DNA from: Ginglymostoma cirratum
Lineage: Eukaryota
Direction: 5' to 3'
DNA: 57,562 bases
Assembly (NCBI GenBank): GCA_024137785.1
Contig: JAHRHZ010000025.1
Coordinates: 30,649,624 to 30,707,185, forward strand
Made by a program: the position numbers and the translations under genes. Positions 1 through 13,398 of this stretch are shown piece after piece. Position 1 is the stretch's first letter, and each line of letters begins with the position of its first letter. A model generated the notes under the pieces. The model was given only the letters and a program-made list of their open reading frames with translations. It was not told the DNA's origin and did no database searches.

Positions 1-127
1 GACATTTCGGGCCTAGACCCTTCTTCAGAAATCTGAAGAAGGGTCTACGCCCGAAACGTCAACCTTCCTGCTCCTCTGATGCTGCTTGGCCTGCTGTGCT
101 CATCCAGCTCTGCAACTTGTTATCTCT
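1..127 (+). mobile_element. Fold-back Penelope-derived short element (family A), truncated by window start
   Basis: Bases 1-60 form a near-perfect palindrome centred near 30. Bases 33-127 match the 3' end of the GIY-YIG PLE at 57446-57540 and the hairpin at 26705-26932. Confidence 0.85.
33..60 (+). ncRNA. Minimal hammerhead-ribozyme-like motif
   Basis: CTGAAGA(33-39)-A-GGG...CCC(41-52)-GAAAC-GTC. Stem I is weak. Confidence 0.55.
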
Positions 128-1099
128 GATTTAAAAATCAAGTGTTTTTGTAGCTCAGCATTTAAGAAAACAGTTGAATCTTAGTCTTGTCACTCGAACA
201 GCAATGGGATTTTTGATTGCACTGGTATTTCTGCATATAAATGACACAACAGGCAGCATTACAGAACCCATCAGATAGCATTTGAGACTGCTTTTCAGAA
301 GATTACCACTCCTTATGATGATACTGAAGACTGTAAACTATGTTTACCCTATAAACAAGCATACATTTAATGTATTCAATGGCATCCTGTATTTCCTAAT
401 TACTAAAATTATTTTGAAATGTAGCAGGCAGAAAAAGAACTAATTGTTTATCAGCTGAAATCGCAATGCAGTTAATAAGCTTGGTCTGCGATCTATCATG
501 AAAATGTGCACGGCACTCCATGTTCCCATGAAAACCAATATCATATTATCTCTTACAGAAAAGTGAACTGAATGGAGTCAGCCACATAATGCCACCAATT
601 CTACTTTTTTAAATCTACATTTTCCATTCACTGCAAGATAGGTTGCACTTTTTATTCCTCAGCAGTGAATAACTGACTTGAAGCCTGACATGTCGTAAAC
701 CTGTTCTTGATACTTTCAAATCATGCTCCCTAAAGTAAAGCAACTGAACAAATCTGATTGTCAATTAATTTTATCCAAATTCAATGGCATGTCTTTATAT
801 GACACAAGTTATCCGACAAAGCTTTCCGCATCTGGCTCTAGACAATTGCATATTTCCTCATTTCAATTAACTATCTCTGTGAAATATGCTTCTTTATTTA
901 GAAAATGCTGAAATATTCAAAGTATATTCATGTAAATAGCATTAAGTACAGCTCAACCAAGCATTGATGGAGAAAAGGCGTAATCGACAAATTTGGCGAG
1001 TGAAGGAATCTTATTAGGATTGATCTATTTCTAAAATCGAAGTAAGTTTTGCATTTATTGTTTAATTTACACAAGTGAATATTAAAATTAAGGTTTAGT

Positions 1100-2612
1100 C
1101 AGCGGTGAAGGATTCTAAGAAGAGAATAAGTGAAGCATGGCTAAATAGTCAAATTAAGGATAGCATTAAAACTGAAAGCAAAAAAATGTATAATGTGGCA
1201 AAGACTGGGGGGTAAGCCAGAGAATTGGAACAGCTTCAAAAACCAACAAAAGTTGACCAAAAAGGGACAAAAATAAACTTTGAGAGTAAACTGACCAGTG
1301 ATATCAAGTTGGACTGCAAGAGTTTCATGAAATATATAAAAAGAGGACAGAGAGGCCAAAGACAAAGGCCCTTAGAGAATGAGGCTGAGGAGATAAAAAT
1401 AGGGAACCAGGAAGTTGAGGAGTTGAAGAAATGCTTCATGATAGAAGGCACAAAAAGCATTTTAAAATAAGTAAATAATCAAGGGGCAAAAGGGGGAGGG
1501 TGAGAAAAAAAAACACAATAACCATCATTAGAGGAAAAGGACGAGGGATATGAATGGGCTAAAAGCTGATAAGCCTCTGGATCTGACAGGATCCATCTTT
1601 GGATAATATAGAGATAATGGATATACTGGAAGTAATCTTCCAAGAACCTTCAGATTCTGGAAAAGCCCCTGAGGATTAGAAAACTGCCAATGTAAAACCT
1701 TTATTCAAAAAGGGAATGATACACAAAAAAAAATAACTGTCGGCCAGTTAGCTTAGCACCTGTCATTGTGAAAATATTAGTCTATTAAATAGGTTTTAAT
1801 AGGAGAGCAATTAGGAATACATAAAATAATATAAGCAGAGTCAGCATAGCTTCATAAAGGGGAAATAATGCCTCACAAATTTAGAAGTATTCTTTGAAGA
1901 GGTAATAAGCAGGACAGATAAAGAAGAAGAAATGTTTTTGGATTATCAGAAGATATTTGATAAAGTGCCACATGTTAGGCTACTTATTAAGATAAGAGCC
2001 CATGATATTGGAGATAGTATATTAGCATGGTTGAAGTTGGCTAATAGACAGAAAGTTGGGATAAAGAGGGCACTTTCAGGATGGCGACCTGTAACTGGAG
2101 TAGTGCTATAGGGATCAGTGCTGGAGCTACAATTATTTACAATATATATTAATGACTTAGATAACAGAAGTGAATGTACAATACTCGGGTTTAATGACAC
2201 TAAAATAGGTGGAAAGGCAAGTGGTGAGGATGACTCAAAGGGTCTGCAAAGGGATATAAAGCAGTGGTCAAAAACTTGTCAGATGGAATGTAATGAGGGA
2301 AAGTGTGACAGTAAACACTTCAGTAGTAAGAATAGAGGAGACAAGTATTATTTAAATGGAGAAAGACTGAAGAAGCCTGCAGCACAGAGGAATTTGGGAG
2401 TCCTCATGCACAAATCACAAAAAGCTAGCATAAAGTTCAGCAGATCATAGGGAAGGGAAATATTGGCATTTATCTTCAAAGGAAATGGTGTAGAAAATTA
2501 GGGAAGCCTTGCTTAAACTATACAAGATACTGGTTAGACCATACAGCTTTGCCCCCCTCTATCTAATGCGATGAGCTGAATGGCTAATTTCGCTTCTCCA
2601 TCATATAGTCTT
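1100..2612 (+). mobile_element. Decayed CR1 LINE ORF2 (linker/RT) with 3' tail remnant
   Basis: Disrupted CR1 motifs PED*KTANVKPLFKKG, NCRPVSL and QHSFIKGK. ORF 2118-2450 reads LFTIYINDLD...GFNDTKIGG (degenerate FADDTK). Confidence 0.9.
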
Positions 2613-3019
2613 GAAACAAGCTGATGCAAGGGAGCAGTTGCACAGTCAGCTAATCAGATGGTTTCATTAGAACTGGTTCCCGAATTAGTAGAGGCTGACT
2701 ATAACAAGTGACTCTGCTACGACCTGAGTGACTATAATTTGAACTGGTATAAATACAGAAGGTTTTGTGTTAGCATAAAGTCAGTAGCACAACGTCCACT
2801 TAGATAGAGTACTTGCTTAACTTAGAAATTGGTAAATCAGGGAAGTCAGGACAATCAGGGAATAGTTGCTGCATGCACTTTTATGGAACATGGAGTAGTC
2901 CAAGAGATGAAGTGATAACAATAAAGCTGAGAGTTGAAAGTTACAGGTATAAATGAGGAAAGCAGGTGGATGTTTGTCTGGTGAGTTTTAACATTTATTT
3001 TTTACTGCAACAGTTTTAT

Positions 3020-3845
3020 GGACAGCAAGACTGTCCTAAGCAAGTGGTCTCCATTTTTGAATCATTGAGCTGGTATGCATTAAGCGACACTGAAATTGAA
3101 GGAATGGGGGGAGTATCTGGGCAGTTTTGTCCAGAACATAGCCATAACGCAGATGAAAAAAAAACATGAGCTCAGGAAAGGAAGGATATGACGGCTAGGA
3201 AAGCAGGTAGTGGGGATTGAGTAGAGATTGAGAACAAATAACTATAGATACCAGTCTGGTCAAATAAGTACAATGTACTCATTATCTGTGAGAACAAGAA
3301 AAGACAATGCAGATGAGGCAGCCACAATGCAGACCAAGTCATCATAGCTCAAGTGGGCGGTCAGAGTGGGGAAAAAAAAGAACAGAAATGCAGTACTAAC
3401 AGGGATTGTATAACTATAGGGATAATGTTGGCAAGGCACGAGCATTAAGAATGTCTTATGATGGCTGGAGGGGAATTTGGAAAGGGATGGGTAAACCAAA
3501 TTATTGTGGTCCATGTTGGAACAAATTATATTGGTAGGAACAATGAGGGGGTCCCATGGAATAACTAAATAAAAACCAAAAGAACAGCAAATGCTGGAAA
3601 TCAGAAACAAAAAAAGAAATTGCTGTAAAAGCTCAGCAGGTCTGGCAGCATCTGTGGGGAGACATCAGAGTCAATGTTTTGGGTCCAGTGAGCCTTCCTC
3701 AGAACTGATGGGAGCACATTTCTTTCCACAGATGCTGCCAGACCTGCTGAGCTTTTACAGCAATTTCTGTTGTTGCCATTGCCCATGGAAAGATTGTCAG
3801 GTATTAGGCTCTGAATTAAGAAGCTGGACCTCAAAGATAAAAGAA
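3020..3845 (+). mobile_element. Decayed CR1 ORF1 (SGNH esterase-like) remnant
   Basis: Translates to RNAVLTGD.. and IIVVHVGTNYIGR (cf. VHVGTND). It resumes after the hairpin insertion as KDCQVLGSELRSWTSK. Confidence 0.65.
3562..3781 (-). mobile_element. Fold-back Penelope-derived short element (family B) with putative 9 bp TSD
   Basis: Perfect inverted arms at 3615-3657 and 3726-3768. Flanked by cccatggaa at 3553-3561 and 3782-3790. Homologous to 5266-5504 and 49936-50035. Confidence 0.8.
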
Positions 3846-4501
3846 AAGGAAGGAGTGTTACACAAAGATCAGTGCTGGAACCATTGCCATTCAACCAAAC
3901 CATTGCTGTTCAGCATTTAGATAAATTATTCAGACTGTGGAATTAAAAACAAACATATGACAAGATTTTCCACTGGATGATGACAGGGTTGGAAAGAAGG
4001 GGATTGTAAGGTGTTTAGCCTGCAGTAAAACATCATATTCTCATCACCTCTCCGATGAAGTTCTGGGCAAGAACTTTCATGGGTTAGTTTCTTGGCTTAC
4101 CAGTAATTAAAGGTCTTAAGTGGTTAATCAATAGCCAACTAAAAGGCTTAGCTTATCACCTCTCTGATAGGCAAGAATGTTGGCGAGTTTCTGACCTGGA
4201 ACCCATGTTGATCTGCTTACAGAGTTGGGGAAAGGCCTTCAACTGCCCCATTCTGGAGCCAATCGAAAGTAAGGCCAGGGGGCAGTGGGATAACCCTGGG
4301 TGACTTTTGGAAGTCAGGCTCTGTCTTTGCCTCTGACAACCCCTGATTCACCACTCCCTGTCACAAGAGGATTCAAAAGTGTCCGCTCACGTCTGGATCA
4401 TCTCCAGATGGGCCTCAGCAGGCAGACTTTAGGAGCTAGAAACTACCAGTCACTCATGGGACTTTTGTTTCTGGTGATCAACAGCTTTAAGATGATAAGA
4501 C

Positions 4502-4757
4502 CATAAGACAACAACACATGGGAACATAAATAGGCCACTTGGTCCATCAAATCTGGCCTGCCATTTCATCATTGTTGACATGTTCCTCAACCAGATACAC
4601 CTGCCTTCTTTCCATAACTCTTGATCCCTTTACTAATGAAGAACTTATCTACTTCTGTCTTAAATACACTGAATGACTTGGCCTCCACAGCTCTCTGTGG
4701 CAATGAGTTTGACTGATTAACCACCTATTGACTGAAGAAATCCCTCCTCATCTCAGT
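4502..4757 (-). mobile_element. CR1 LINE 3' end
   Basis: Antisense CR1 3' UTR/ORF2 end pattern (taggccacttggtccatc...gaagaaatccctcctcatctc), homologous to 40750-41005. Confidence 0.75.
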
Positions 4758-5265
4758 AGAAACTCCTCCTAGGGTGAGATACTTGCCTCTCAGATCTTAA
4801 TGAACTGATTGACAGGGGATCCATTAGTTGCTTTGCCAGTGGTGGCATAGTGTTTGCTGTCAACTAAAATGCTCACGCCACACTGAGAAAAAGCAGGCAA
4901 GTCTTGTCCCTCATTCACATTCTAAAATGCAGGTAAGAACATATTGTGAGAGATGGATGATATTTGGGAAAACTGCAACAATTTACATGAAGACATTAAT
5001 AAACTTGAAAAGTGGGCAAATAGTTGGCAAATGAAGTTCAACACAATGTGAGGTACTACATGTTGGTTGGAAGAAAAGGATGATCCGTTATTAATTTAAA
5101 GATCATGTGGGGTAGAAGAAGAGGACCAAGGGGATCCTAGCATAACTTCAGTAAATGCTGTGACACAGGTTATCAAGACTATTAACGTTATCAAAGCAAG
5201 CACTAGGTTTTAGTTCTGGACGGACACAATTATTTTAAAAATCATTAAATGAAACTGAACCTGTA

Positions 5266-5504
5266 AAAAGTAAAATGAAAACTGAAAAAAACCTGCGGAT
5301 GCAGTAAATCAGAAACAAAAACAGAAATTGCTGGAAAAGCCTAGCAGGTCTAGCTGCAACTGTGGAGAGAAATCAGAGTTAACATTTTTGGTCAAGTACC
5401 CCTTCTGAGGAAGGGTCACTCAATCTGAAACATTAACTCTGATTTCTCTCCATATTGCTGCCAGACCTGCTGAGCTATTCCAGCAATTTCTGTTTGTTGT
5501 TTAA
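5266..5504 (-). mobile_element. Fold-back Penelope-derived short element (family B) with putative 8 bp TSD
   Basis: Inverted arms (~5312-5400 and 5405-5500) centred at cccttctgaggaaggg. The repeat aacctgta lies at 5258-5265 and 5505-5512. Confidence 0.8.
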
Positions 5505-5595
5505 AACCTGTACTAAACCTTGGTTAGACCATAGCACGACAAGCAGTTCAGCTTACCATATTTTTACAATAATGGATATAAAGGAAATGATTTGT

Positions 5596-5700
5596 TTTAT
5601 TTGATTTGATTTGATTTATTAATGTCACTTGTACCTAGGAACAGTGAAAAGTTTTGTTTTGCATGCAGTAGGGCAGATGATACAATACAACTGCATAAGA
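5596..5700 (-). mobile_element. Short LINE 3' terminus with (AAATC)n tail, Rex1/Babar-like
   Basis: Reverse complement reads aaaacttttcactgttcctaggtacaagtgacattaataaatcaaatcaaatc. A similar tail lies on + at ~9230-9262. Confidence 0.5.
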
Positions 5701-6975
5701 GTAATGAACAGGACACATTTACAATGGATGCATCAGAAATGAGCAGATAGGTTTCTAAGCCAGGTTTCTTTCTCTTGAAAACCAAAAAAGAGTTTTTCTG
5801 TTAATTTTGAATGGTTTTCATAGAGTAAATAGAGAAATAATGTTTCGTCTTGTGAAGATAGCAATAATTTGACTCCATTAACATCAGATATTTACCAAGA
5901 AATCCAATAGGGAATTCAGAAGAAATTTCCATACTCAATAGCTGATAAGGATGTGGAACTTGCTACCACTTGGAGGGGCTGAAGTGAATATAACAGAGAC
6001 ATTAATGGAGAACCAAGCCAATTGTATGAGGGTGAAACAAACAGAGAGTAGATTTAGATGAGAAAGGAGATGGGAGGAAGCTCAAGAGCAGTGTAAACAC
6101 TTACAAGGACAAGTTGGCCTGTTTCTCTACTGTACCTTATTTTACAAATGCAATTCCTTTACTTACATTAAAGTTTAGCACATATAAAATAATTACTGGT
6201 TTGGTAGCTTTTATAAAAGGCATTAAGGTACCTAAAGCCAATTTCCATCACTGATCTACTCGATTTGACAGACCACAATATAAATGAGGGGCCTATTTGC
6301 ATTGCGATCAATGCCTGAAAGGTCTGGCCCCTCTACACCTGACAGATGATCAAAGAAATCAAAATGAGTGCAAAAGCAAAAATATTGCATCAATTAGAAC
6401 TTTCAGAGTGCAGACAACATATGCCTCCAGCCAATGGGAATTCCTCTGGGATTGTAAAAATGTTTTCACATTTTATTTATTGGTCTAAAAAAGCAGTCCA
6501 CAGGAGCTGGCAAAAACTAAAATCAATCCTTTCAGAGTCTGGGCCTTGCATACAGGCACTGTCATCTCCTGGGGTTACATCATTAAGTTTTGTTGCTCCT
6601 AAAATGTAATTTAACCTCCTCAAAAGTCACTCAGCCTCATAATTGATATCAACTGGCTCCATTCAAATTACTAGGACAAATGTTAAAGTGCCGTCTTGCT
6701 GCAGAGCCAATAACACATTGCTTACCAAGCATTGCAATGGCATCCAGAATACAACACTGCAGGATTTAAACCTCTGGAATAGTTCAGGCAAATTTCTATT
6801 TAATTTTTGGAATAATTGCTGCTGTTAGAAAAGAATCCAGAAATGTACGGTTTTGTTTCTACAGTATACTAGACCACTGAAGATCATATTTGTTTTGTTT
6901 AATACCTATAGTTACTCACCCATTGAATTTCTCATTCCACAGATGTAATTAGGACCATGAGCAAAACAACCTTAC

Positions 6976-7059
6976 CTCTCTGCTGGTTGACATAAAGATG
7001 AATAGTTTGATGCTGTCAATATTTTTATTTTAACCAAAGACATCATTTTACGCACGATC
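6976..7059 (-). other. Candidate 84 nt spliced exon (gene unknown)
   Basis: Acceptor atctttctcttgagtttccag| and donor AG|gtaagg. One frame is open (IVRKMMSLVKIKILTASNYSSLCQPAE). No recognised homology. Confidence 0.3.
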
Positions 7060-8243
7060 CTGGAAACTCAAGAGAAAGATACCTTCAAATGGTCAGGTTG
7101 CCTTGCTGTGATTTTACAGTTGTTACGCCAACTGGCTCAGGGCAAAACTTCTGCCATGATCTGCAGGGAACAAAGCTGCTTATGGCAGCTGCTGGCCAAC
7201 AAAATCTGGTTGGCATCTGGAGCGGTGATCATTGCAATGGGCAGCAAAGAGAAGCTTAACATCCTAACTTGGAAGATGTTCAAACTGTGCAAAACCTCAC
7301 AACAACATTTTGGTTTATTTCACATTCATCACTCAGGTATGCACTGGGAAATCTTTAATTTGGAAATTGAATTGAGAACAACCAGAAATTGGAAAAAAAC
7401 ACTTTGATACAATTGGTTGCCAATTATATGCTGGCTTTCCAGCAAGCCCATGGTACAGGCTTCAACCACACAACAGTCACTCCAATTTTGGTTAGTTTTC
7501 AAGAAATGACTTTTTGATTCTCTACAACCAAAGTTGAAACTCAGACAGTGACACAAAACAATTGGCATCACGTTCAACTGGATTATCAATAAAAAACATT
7601 GTTTTGATGTACAGTTTTGTTCGTTTTCATGGGGTCATTGAGTAGTCCTACTCACCTAAACTTCTTAATCAACTATCATGATTCTATGGAAAAAGGCATC
7701 TTTCTTGGTCAAGTAAAGGTTTTGTTTGCATTTTGGAAGAAACATCAACAAAGTAACTGTTCTTTCTCAGAGATAGGTGTGTTTTCTGGCAGAAAGCTAT
7801 CTATTAAATAACATCATACAATGCAGATGAGAACCACTAATGCTCCCTCCTTCCTGCTATCCTTCTTCAATTCCAACACAGGCTTCTGATTTTCCCATTG
7901 AAAGCTTTTGTTATCAAGTTGTTAATCCACCAGTTGTGAAAAGCTACTAGCAGTGCTACTATCTCACAATGACTTCACATTTCTTTTCTTCTGTTTTGAA
8001 ATTCTCTCAAAACATTCTCTCGGCATTGTCAGATCATGACTTCTGCTATTTCGGCCCTTAAAGATTTATTATTTCTGCTTTATTTTCACCTCACCATTTT
8101 TCCCCAGTGTGTAATCAATAGCATAACCACATCAAGAAAATGCCCTTTCAGCAAAAACACAAAACCCTCTTACCTTAGGAGCAATGACAAATGTTTCCAA
8201 TAAGGGAGACCATAAAGGATGCTATCCTAATTTTCTGTACTAA

Positions 8244-8978
8244 GAGGAAGAAGAATACCTCTTCCAGGTTTTCAAGGATAATGGATATCCAAAAAACTGG
8301 GTCAGAAGATGCCTACACGAACATCATCAGGAAGATACTACACACCCCGACACACTCATCACACTACCCTACATCAGGAACACATCGGAACTAATCACAA
8401 GACTCCTACAACCGCTGGGCATCAGAGTGGCACACAAGCTCACATCAACCCTACGACAACTGCTCACCCGAACTAAAAACCCACTCCCTGCCATGGACAG
8501 GACTAATGTCTTCTACAAGATTTCCTGCAGAGACTGTGAGAAGCACTACACAGGACAAACAGGAAGGAAACTAACAACTAGGGTACACGAACACCAACTG
8601 GCTACAAAAAGACATGACCAATACTCACTTATCTCAATCCACATGGATAAGGAGAACCACCAATTCGACTGGGACAATACCAAAATCCTGGGACAAGCTA
8701 AGAAGAGACAGGAACAGGAATTCCGAGAAGCCTGGTACTCCACGAAGAGAGCCATCAATAAACACAGGGAACTCGATCCCATATACACTCCACTACGAAG
8801 GAAAACCAGAAGTGAGGCAATCCAGCTCAACAGACTCCAGAGTTTAAAGACCTGGCGGAAAACACACCAACGATTCATCGGAGGCTGCACTGATGATGTT
8901 ACCCAGCATGGTAACGAAACATCTGCGGAACAACAAACCAGCTCGGCGAGCCAACCAACCTCAACACCCACAACCTGA
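8244..8978 (+). CDS. Partial PLE polyprotein: RT thumb and GIY-YIG endonuclease (5' truncated, frame still open)
   Basis: The open frame from 8244 reads EEEEYLFQVFKDNGYPKNWV...LPYI...NVFYKISCRDCEKHYTGQTGRKLTTRVHEH...HQFDWDNTKIL...EAWYS. Confidence 0.85.
   Translation, partial: EEEEYLFQVFKDNGYPKNWVRRCLHEHHQEDTTHPDTLITLPYIRNTSELITRLLQPLGIRVAHKLTSTLRQLLTRTKNPLPAMDRTNVFYKISCRDCEKHYTGQTGRKLTTRVHEHQLATKRHDQYSLISIHMDKENHQFDWDNTKILGQAKKRQEQEFREAWYSTKRAINKHRELDPIYTPLRRKTRSEAIQLNRLQSLKTWRKTHQRFIGGCTDDVTQHGNETSAEQQTSSASQPTSTPTT
8885..8928 (+). ncRNA. Type I hammerhead-ribozyme-like motif
   Basis: Stem I is CTGCA/TGCGG and the core CTGATGA lies at 8890-8896, followed by an extra T. Stem II is GTTACC-cagcat-GGTAAC, then GAAAC-ATC. 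Confidence 0.75.
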
Positions 8979-9400
8979 GCTACAGATCTACTCCAATACC
9001 TTAGACACAAAAAAGTTTTAAGCTGATGTGTCATTTAGATTTATATTGTACGTTTTTTTGAATCACGCAACTGTTCTTTTCTTTCATTCATATCAATGAT
9101 TGTAAAATGGTTGGGAATAAGTTCTGTGCATTCAGTTTGCCTCATTGTAGTGAAATGGAACATCTAAAGAGAGAAATGGTATCCTGACTGAAAAACTGCA
9201 TCATGGGTTTGACAGCAAAAAATTTGACTTGAGTACATGTGACAATAAAGCTTAAATCAATCATATTAAATCAAAATTTGCTCATGTTTGCAAATTAATT
9301 TTGAAATTTGCTGGAACTGAGAGAGAAAAATAGGTCCCCCTAGAACTGATGATTGATATAGGTATTTGAGATAACAGCCAAGCAACTGCTTATTGAAGCT

Positions 9401-9456
9401 AAGATAACAAGGTGTAGAGCTGGATGAACACAGCAGGCCAAGCAGCATCATAGAAG
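9401..9456 (-). mobile_element. PLE family A terminal fragment
   Basis: aagataacaaggtgtagagctggatgaacacagcaggccaagcagcatca matches the left arm at 26705-26755. Confidence 0.75.
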
Positions 9457-10989
9457 CATTGCTTTGTGATTAAGGCCCAGAGAAAGACAGTAGATCTAGC
9501 AGGAGCTTTATATTGAGCAGGGATGGAATTAAAAACCAATCAAATTGGCCAAAAGCAGGGAAGTGACACCCAGTTAAAACCAGTAAAAGGAATAAAGGAA
9601 GCTTTTGAAGAAGGAATGGTTAATGCAGTGGGTGTAATGTTTTGATCAGCCACTCCTAAGACATTCTTGGAGAACTGTCGATGGATTGGCCGCTGAGACA
9701 GACTGTAGTTCATTGGGCTTCTAAGCAATCAGTGTCATTGGAAATAGGTACTCCTGTTTAGTAAGTGGAATATTTATTGGAACAATATTCAATTTGTTTT
9801 GCGTCTTCAATATCACGACTAGAATCTATAGACCAGGAATGGGAGTTTACAAGATAGAGAAGAAGCAACATTTTGCATTACACGTGAAAGAAAATCCTGA
9901 TCTGCAATATATCACAAACCATTATTGATACATTGACACATTAAATCACAATGTATAGAAAGTAAAGGAGAAGTATACAGATTGTGCACATAATTTCTGT
10001 CCTGGTGAGAATGTATGAATAAAGTCGTAATAAAATAGGTGACATATTTTCTCTTCCAGAAATTAAAAGGTATTATATGAAAAGTACAATCTCTCCTTTT
10101 TGTTCCTGAGAATTACTTGATTTGACATTGTCTAATGTGTGAAACAGGCATCATTTACTGTTCTCCTGCCCATTTTAATATGACACAATATCACACTCTC
10201 ATGTTCGCTTTCATGTACTATTCTGTATGTATCATTGATCTATTAGGTTACTATAGCACTTAACAAAGGCATTTTGCAACATTTCATATCAAATGGACAC
10301 CTTTCTTCCAAAGCAAAAGTCAGTGATTAGTGTTTAATGAAAGAGTTGTATTATCATTATTTAACTGATATGAATAAGGTTGCCGGAGAAAGGTGCAGAT
10401 TGAAGACCTAATGTACTCAGAAAAAAAACCTTTTAAATTGAGTAATAATCTTTGCAAAGTATTGGTTAAAATAGTAGCATGAGACGTGTAATCACTTGAA
10501 ACTTTTCTTTGACATGAGGCTTTATGACAAGTTCATATTCGATGATACTAATTAAAATGCTCAACTCCCAAAGGAAATGTAAAACTTACAGACATTTTCA
10601 CCTCACAGTAAATGGCTGATGTTATTAATGCAAAAATGGCTATTTATACTACAGTCAACAGGGTAAAATGTGGTCTTCCAAATTTCTCTTTAAATATAAT
10701 AATGGGTTTTGCTACAGACAGTACAATTAGATTTAATTCCTTTAATGCAGCCAAGATGGGTGAACATTGAACTGAAATAATTCCTAACATTTTACAAGTG
10801 CAACTTGGCTGAATATTATAAAGGATCATGTTCTGATAGAATAAGTCTTTATGCTTAATACAGTTTCTATTTATCATATTTCACAGAAGATCTGAACTCT
10901 AGAGAGGAGGTGAGAGTGACTGCACTTGTCATCTTGCCTGCATTTCAGCCATCAGAGAATCTTAATAAATTTGTGTCAATGAGAAAACT

Positions 10990-11650
10990 CTCCACCGATG
11001 GAGTCATATCTAGCATAAATGAAGATGATTATAGTTATGGGAAGTCAGTCATTTCAGCTCCAGGACATCTCTGCAGGAGCTTTTCAGCCATGTGTCCTAG
11101 GGTCCAAGCATCTTCAAAAGTTTCATCAATGACCTCCCCTCCACCATAAGGTCAGAAGTGGGGATGTTCTTAGATGATTGCACAATGTTCCATACCATTC
11201 GCAATTCCTCAGAAACTGAAGCAGTCCATGTTTAAATGCAGCAAGACTTAGACAATATCCAGGTTTGGACCGACAAGTGACAAGTAGTATTTATGCCACA
11301 TTAGAATCAGGCGATGACCATCTCCCTTAGAGACAATTGAACCATTGTTCCTTGACATTCAATGGCATGATGATCACTGAATTCCCCATTATGAATGTCT
11401 TGGGGTCGTAGATCAGAAGCTAAACTGAACTAGCCATATAAATACTGTGGCTACAAGAGCAGGTCAGAGGTTAGGAATCCTGCAGCAACCTCCTGATTCC
11501 CCAAAGCCTGTCCACCATCTTTAGGGCATAAATCAGGAGTGTGATGGAATACTTCCAAATTGCTCGGATGAGTGCTGCTCCAACAACACTCAAGAAGCTT
11601 GACTCCATCCAGGACAATGCAGCCTATTTGATTGGCACCACATCCACAGA
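10990..11650 (+). mobile_element. Decayed non-LTR retrotransposon RT region (CR1/L2-group)
   Basis: Reads FINDLPSTIRSEVGMFLDDCT (cf. FADD) and QQDLDNIQVWTDK*Q. Homologous to 24640-24990. Confidence 0.8.
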
Positions 11651-12920
11651 CAGCTCAAATTTATTTGTTTAGAAATCAATCCAATTCAGTAGATGAGTCT
11701 GAGGTTCTATAACCCTCAACACCTCATCTGCATTCTCCTTCCATACCAACCACTTTCCCTCATCGTATGCAAGCTCTGTGACAATATTGGACTGTACTAG
11801 AGATGCTCATAAAGGTCACAAAATAAAGTTATTCAAAATATGCATACAAAACCATCATCTTACTAGGAACCCATAAGATTGTCAAAGTAAGCAAGAAATG
11901 GTTATGGGGACAAGAACCCCACAGTGAGGCTGACTCATCATTTTTAAAAGTTACCAATGCCAGGTTGGTCACATTTTGGAACAAAAATGCTCATAAGCCT
12001 TAACCATGAAAGCTAAGCTGTTTAAAGAAAGGTGAAAGTTGATCTATGACTACTTTGGAAGTAAATAAAATCAATTCACTGGTCCACCTGTACATAGAAG
12101 GTTTCAAGTCTGGGACAGAGAAGTATTAAGACAATGTCTCTGCATATTTCCAATGGTAGATTCACCCAAATACTCGTAGGCCAATGTACAACAATATACA
12201 GAGGCTAAGTGTAAAATTAACTATTGCCAACACAAAAATGTGGATTTATTTATCTAATATTGCTGGTGTTATGTAACTAAAATTGTTAGTTATCATAAAT
12301 CAAAGCCTAATTTACACCACATACACTATTCATCAAATCAAAAAGATTTACTACAACTAAGCCGAAACATCCATTGTTTAATTGCTTGCAATTTTCCACT
12401 ATTTTCATCAAACCTATCTAGTGAACTCATGTATGCTATTGTCAGTAATTGAATTTGGCCAGTTTGCTCAACTGAGAACAACATTTGGAAAGAAATCTTT
12501 TCCTAAATCCACAAAGTTTTACCTTAACAGCATAATATTGTTTACAGGTCACAAAGTTTTTATCTTAATAAACCCTTGATCTTTAGCTTAAAATCCATAT
12601 AAGCCCAAATGATAAATATGTTTGTGGAATTGTCTATCATAAATGTGTATGTTCTGGCATCACAACATTTGCTGATAAAAACCTATTTTTTTCTTTGTCA
12701 CATATTTTCACCTTTTGTGTAGTCATCTTTATTATCCAACAGGGAATAGCAATATAAATAAGAAAATGATCTTTACCTAAGGAGGATCAAATAATTCACC
12801 CTTGCATTAGTAGCATTTTCTAAATCCATCATTTAGATATATAATTTAATTATATAATGCACGTAGTAGATGTACTTTTTTAAAGTTATATATGTACTAT
12901 GCCACATTTGAATGGAAGAC

Positions 12921-13130
12921 TTAGAATCAAAGAACGATACAGCACAATCAGGACATTCAGCCTATCGTCTCTATGCCATCCCTACAAATAGAGCTACCCA
13001 ATTTGTGCCATGTTACAGCTTTCTCCACAGACCTCTATCTTCCCTTCAAGTATACACTGAGTTCCTTTTTAAAAATTGCTTACAAATTTGGTTCCTCCAT
13101 CCATTTGGATGCTGAATTCCAATACACAGA
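12921..13130 (-). mobile_element. CR1 3' end remnant
   Basis: Antisense tail ttagaatcaaagaacgatacagcac...cattcagcc. Confidence 0.55.
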
Positions 13131-13398
13131 AATTTGTGTAAAAGCAAACATTTGTACCTGTCACCATTGGTTCTCCTGTCAAAATATGCTGTGTTTGGTT
13201 CCTGACTTCTATTGCTACTACGGTGTTTTTTTACTCAGTGTGACAAAAATGTCCTTATTATGAACAATTATGAAATTTACCTTCAGTCTTCTCTGATATA
13301 AAGAAAACAACTTCAACTTTAGGTTCTTAGTGACAAAACTAAGTGAAGTTCCAAATTATAAACACAAACATGCTGCAATACAAAATATCAAATATTAT

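Larger units (their letters stand above)
4940..6138 (+). mobile_element. Decayed CR1 ORF2 C-terminus and 3' end, interrupted by younger insertions
   Basis: Reads EDINKLEKWANSWQMKFN and a split NLY.TLVRP motif; ends with the CR1-like tail ggcctgtttctctactgta. Confidence 0.75.
8244..9004 (+). mobile_element. 5'-truncated Penelope-like retroelement (family C)
   Basis: Encodes the RT thumb, linker and GIY-YIG endonuclease. Its 3' end is homologous to the fold-back element at 17031-17331. Confidence 0.92.

Noticed and set aside
8546-9034. 162 aa minus-strand ORF
   Set aside because: It is the antisense shadow of the Penelope GIY-YIG frame.
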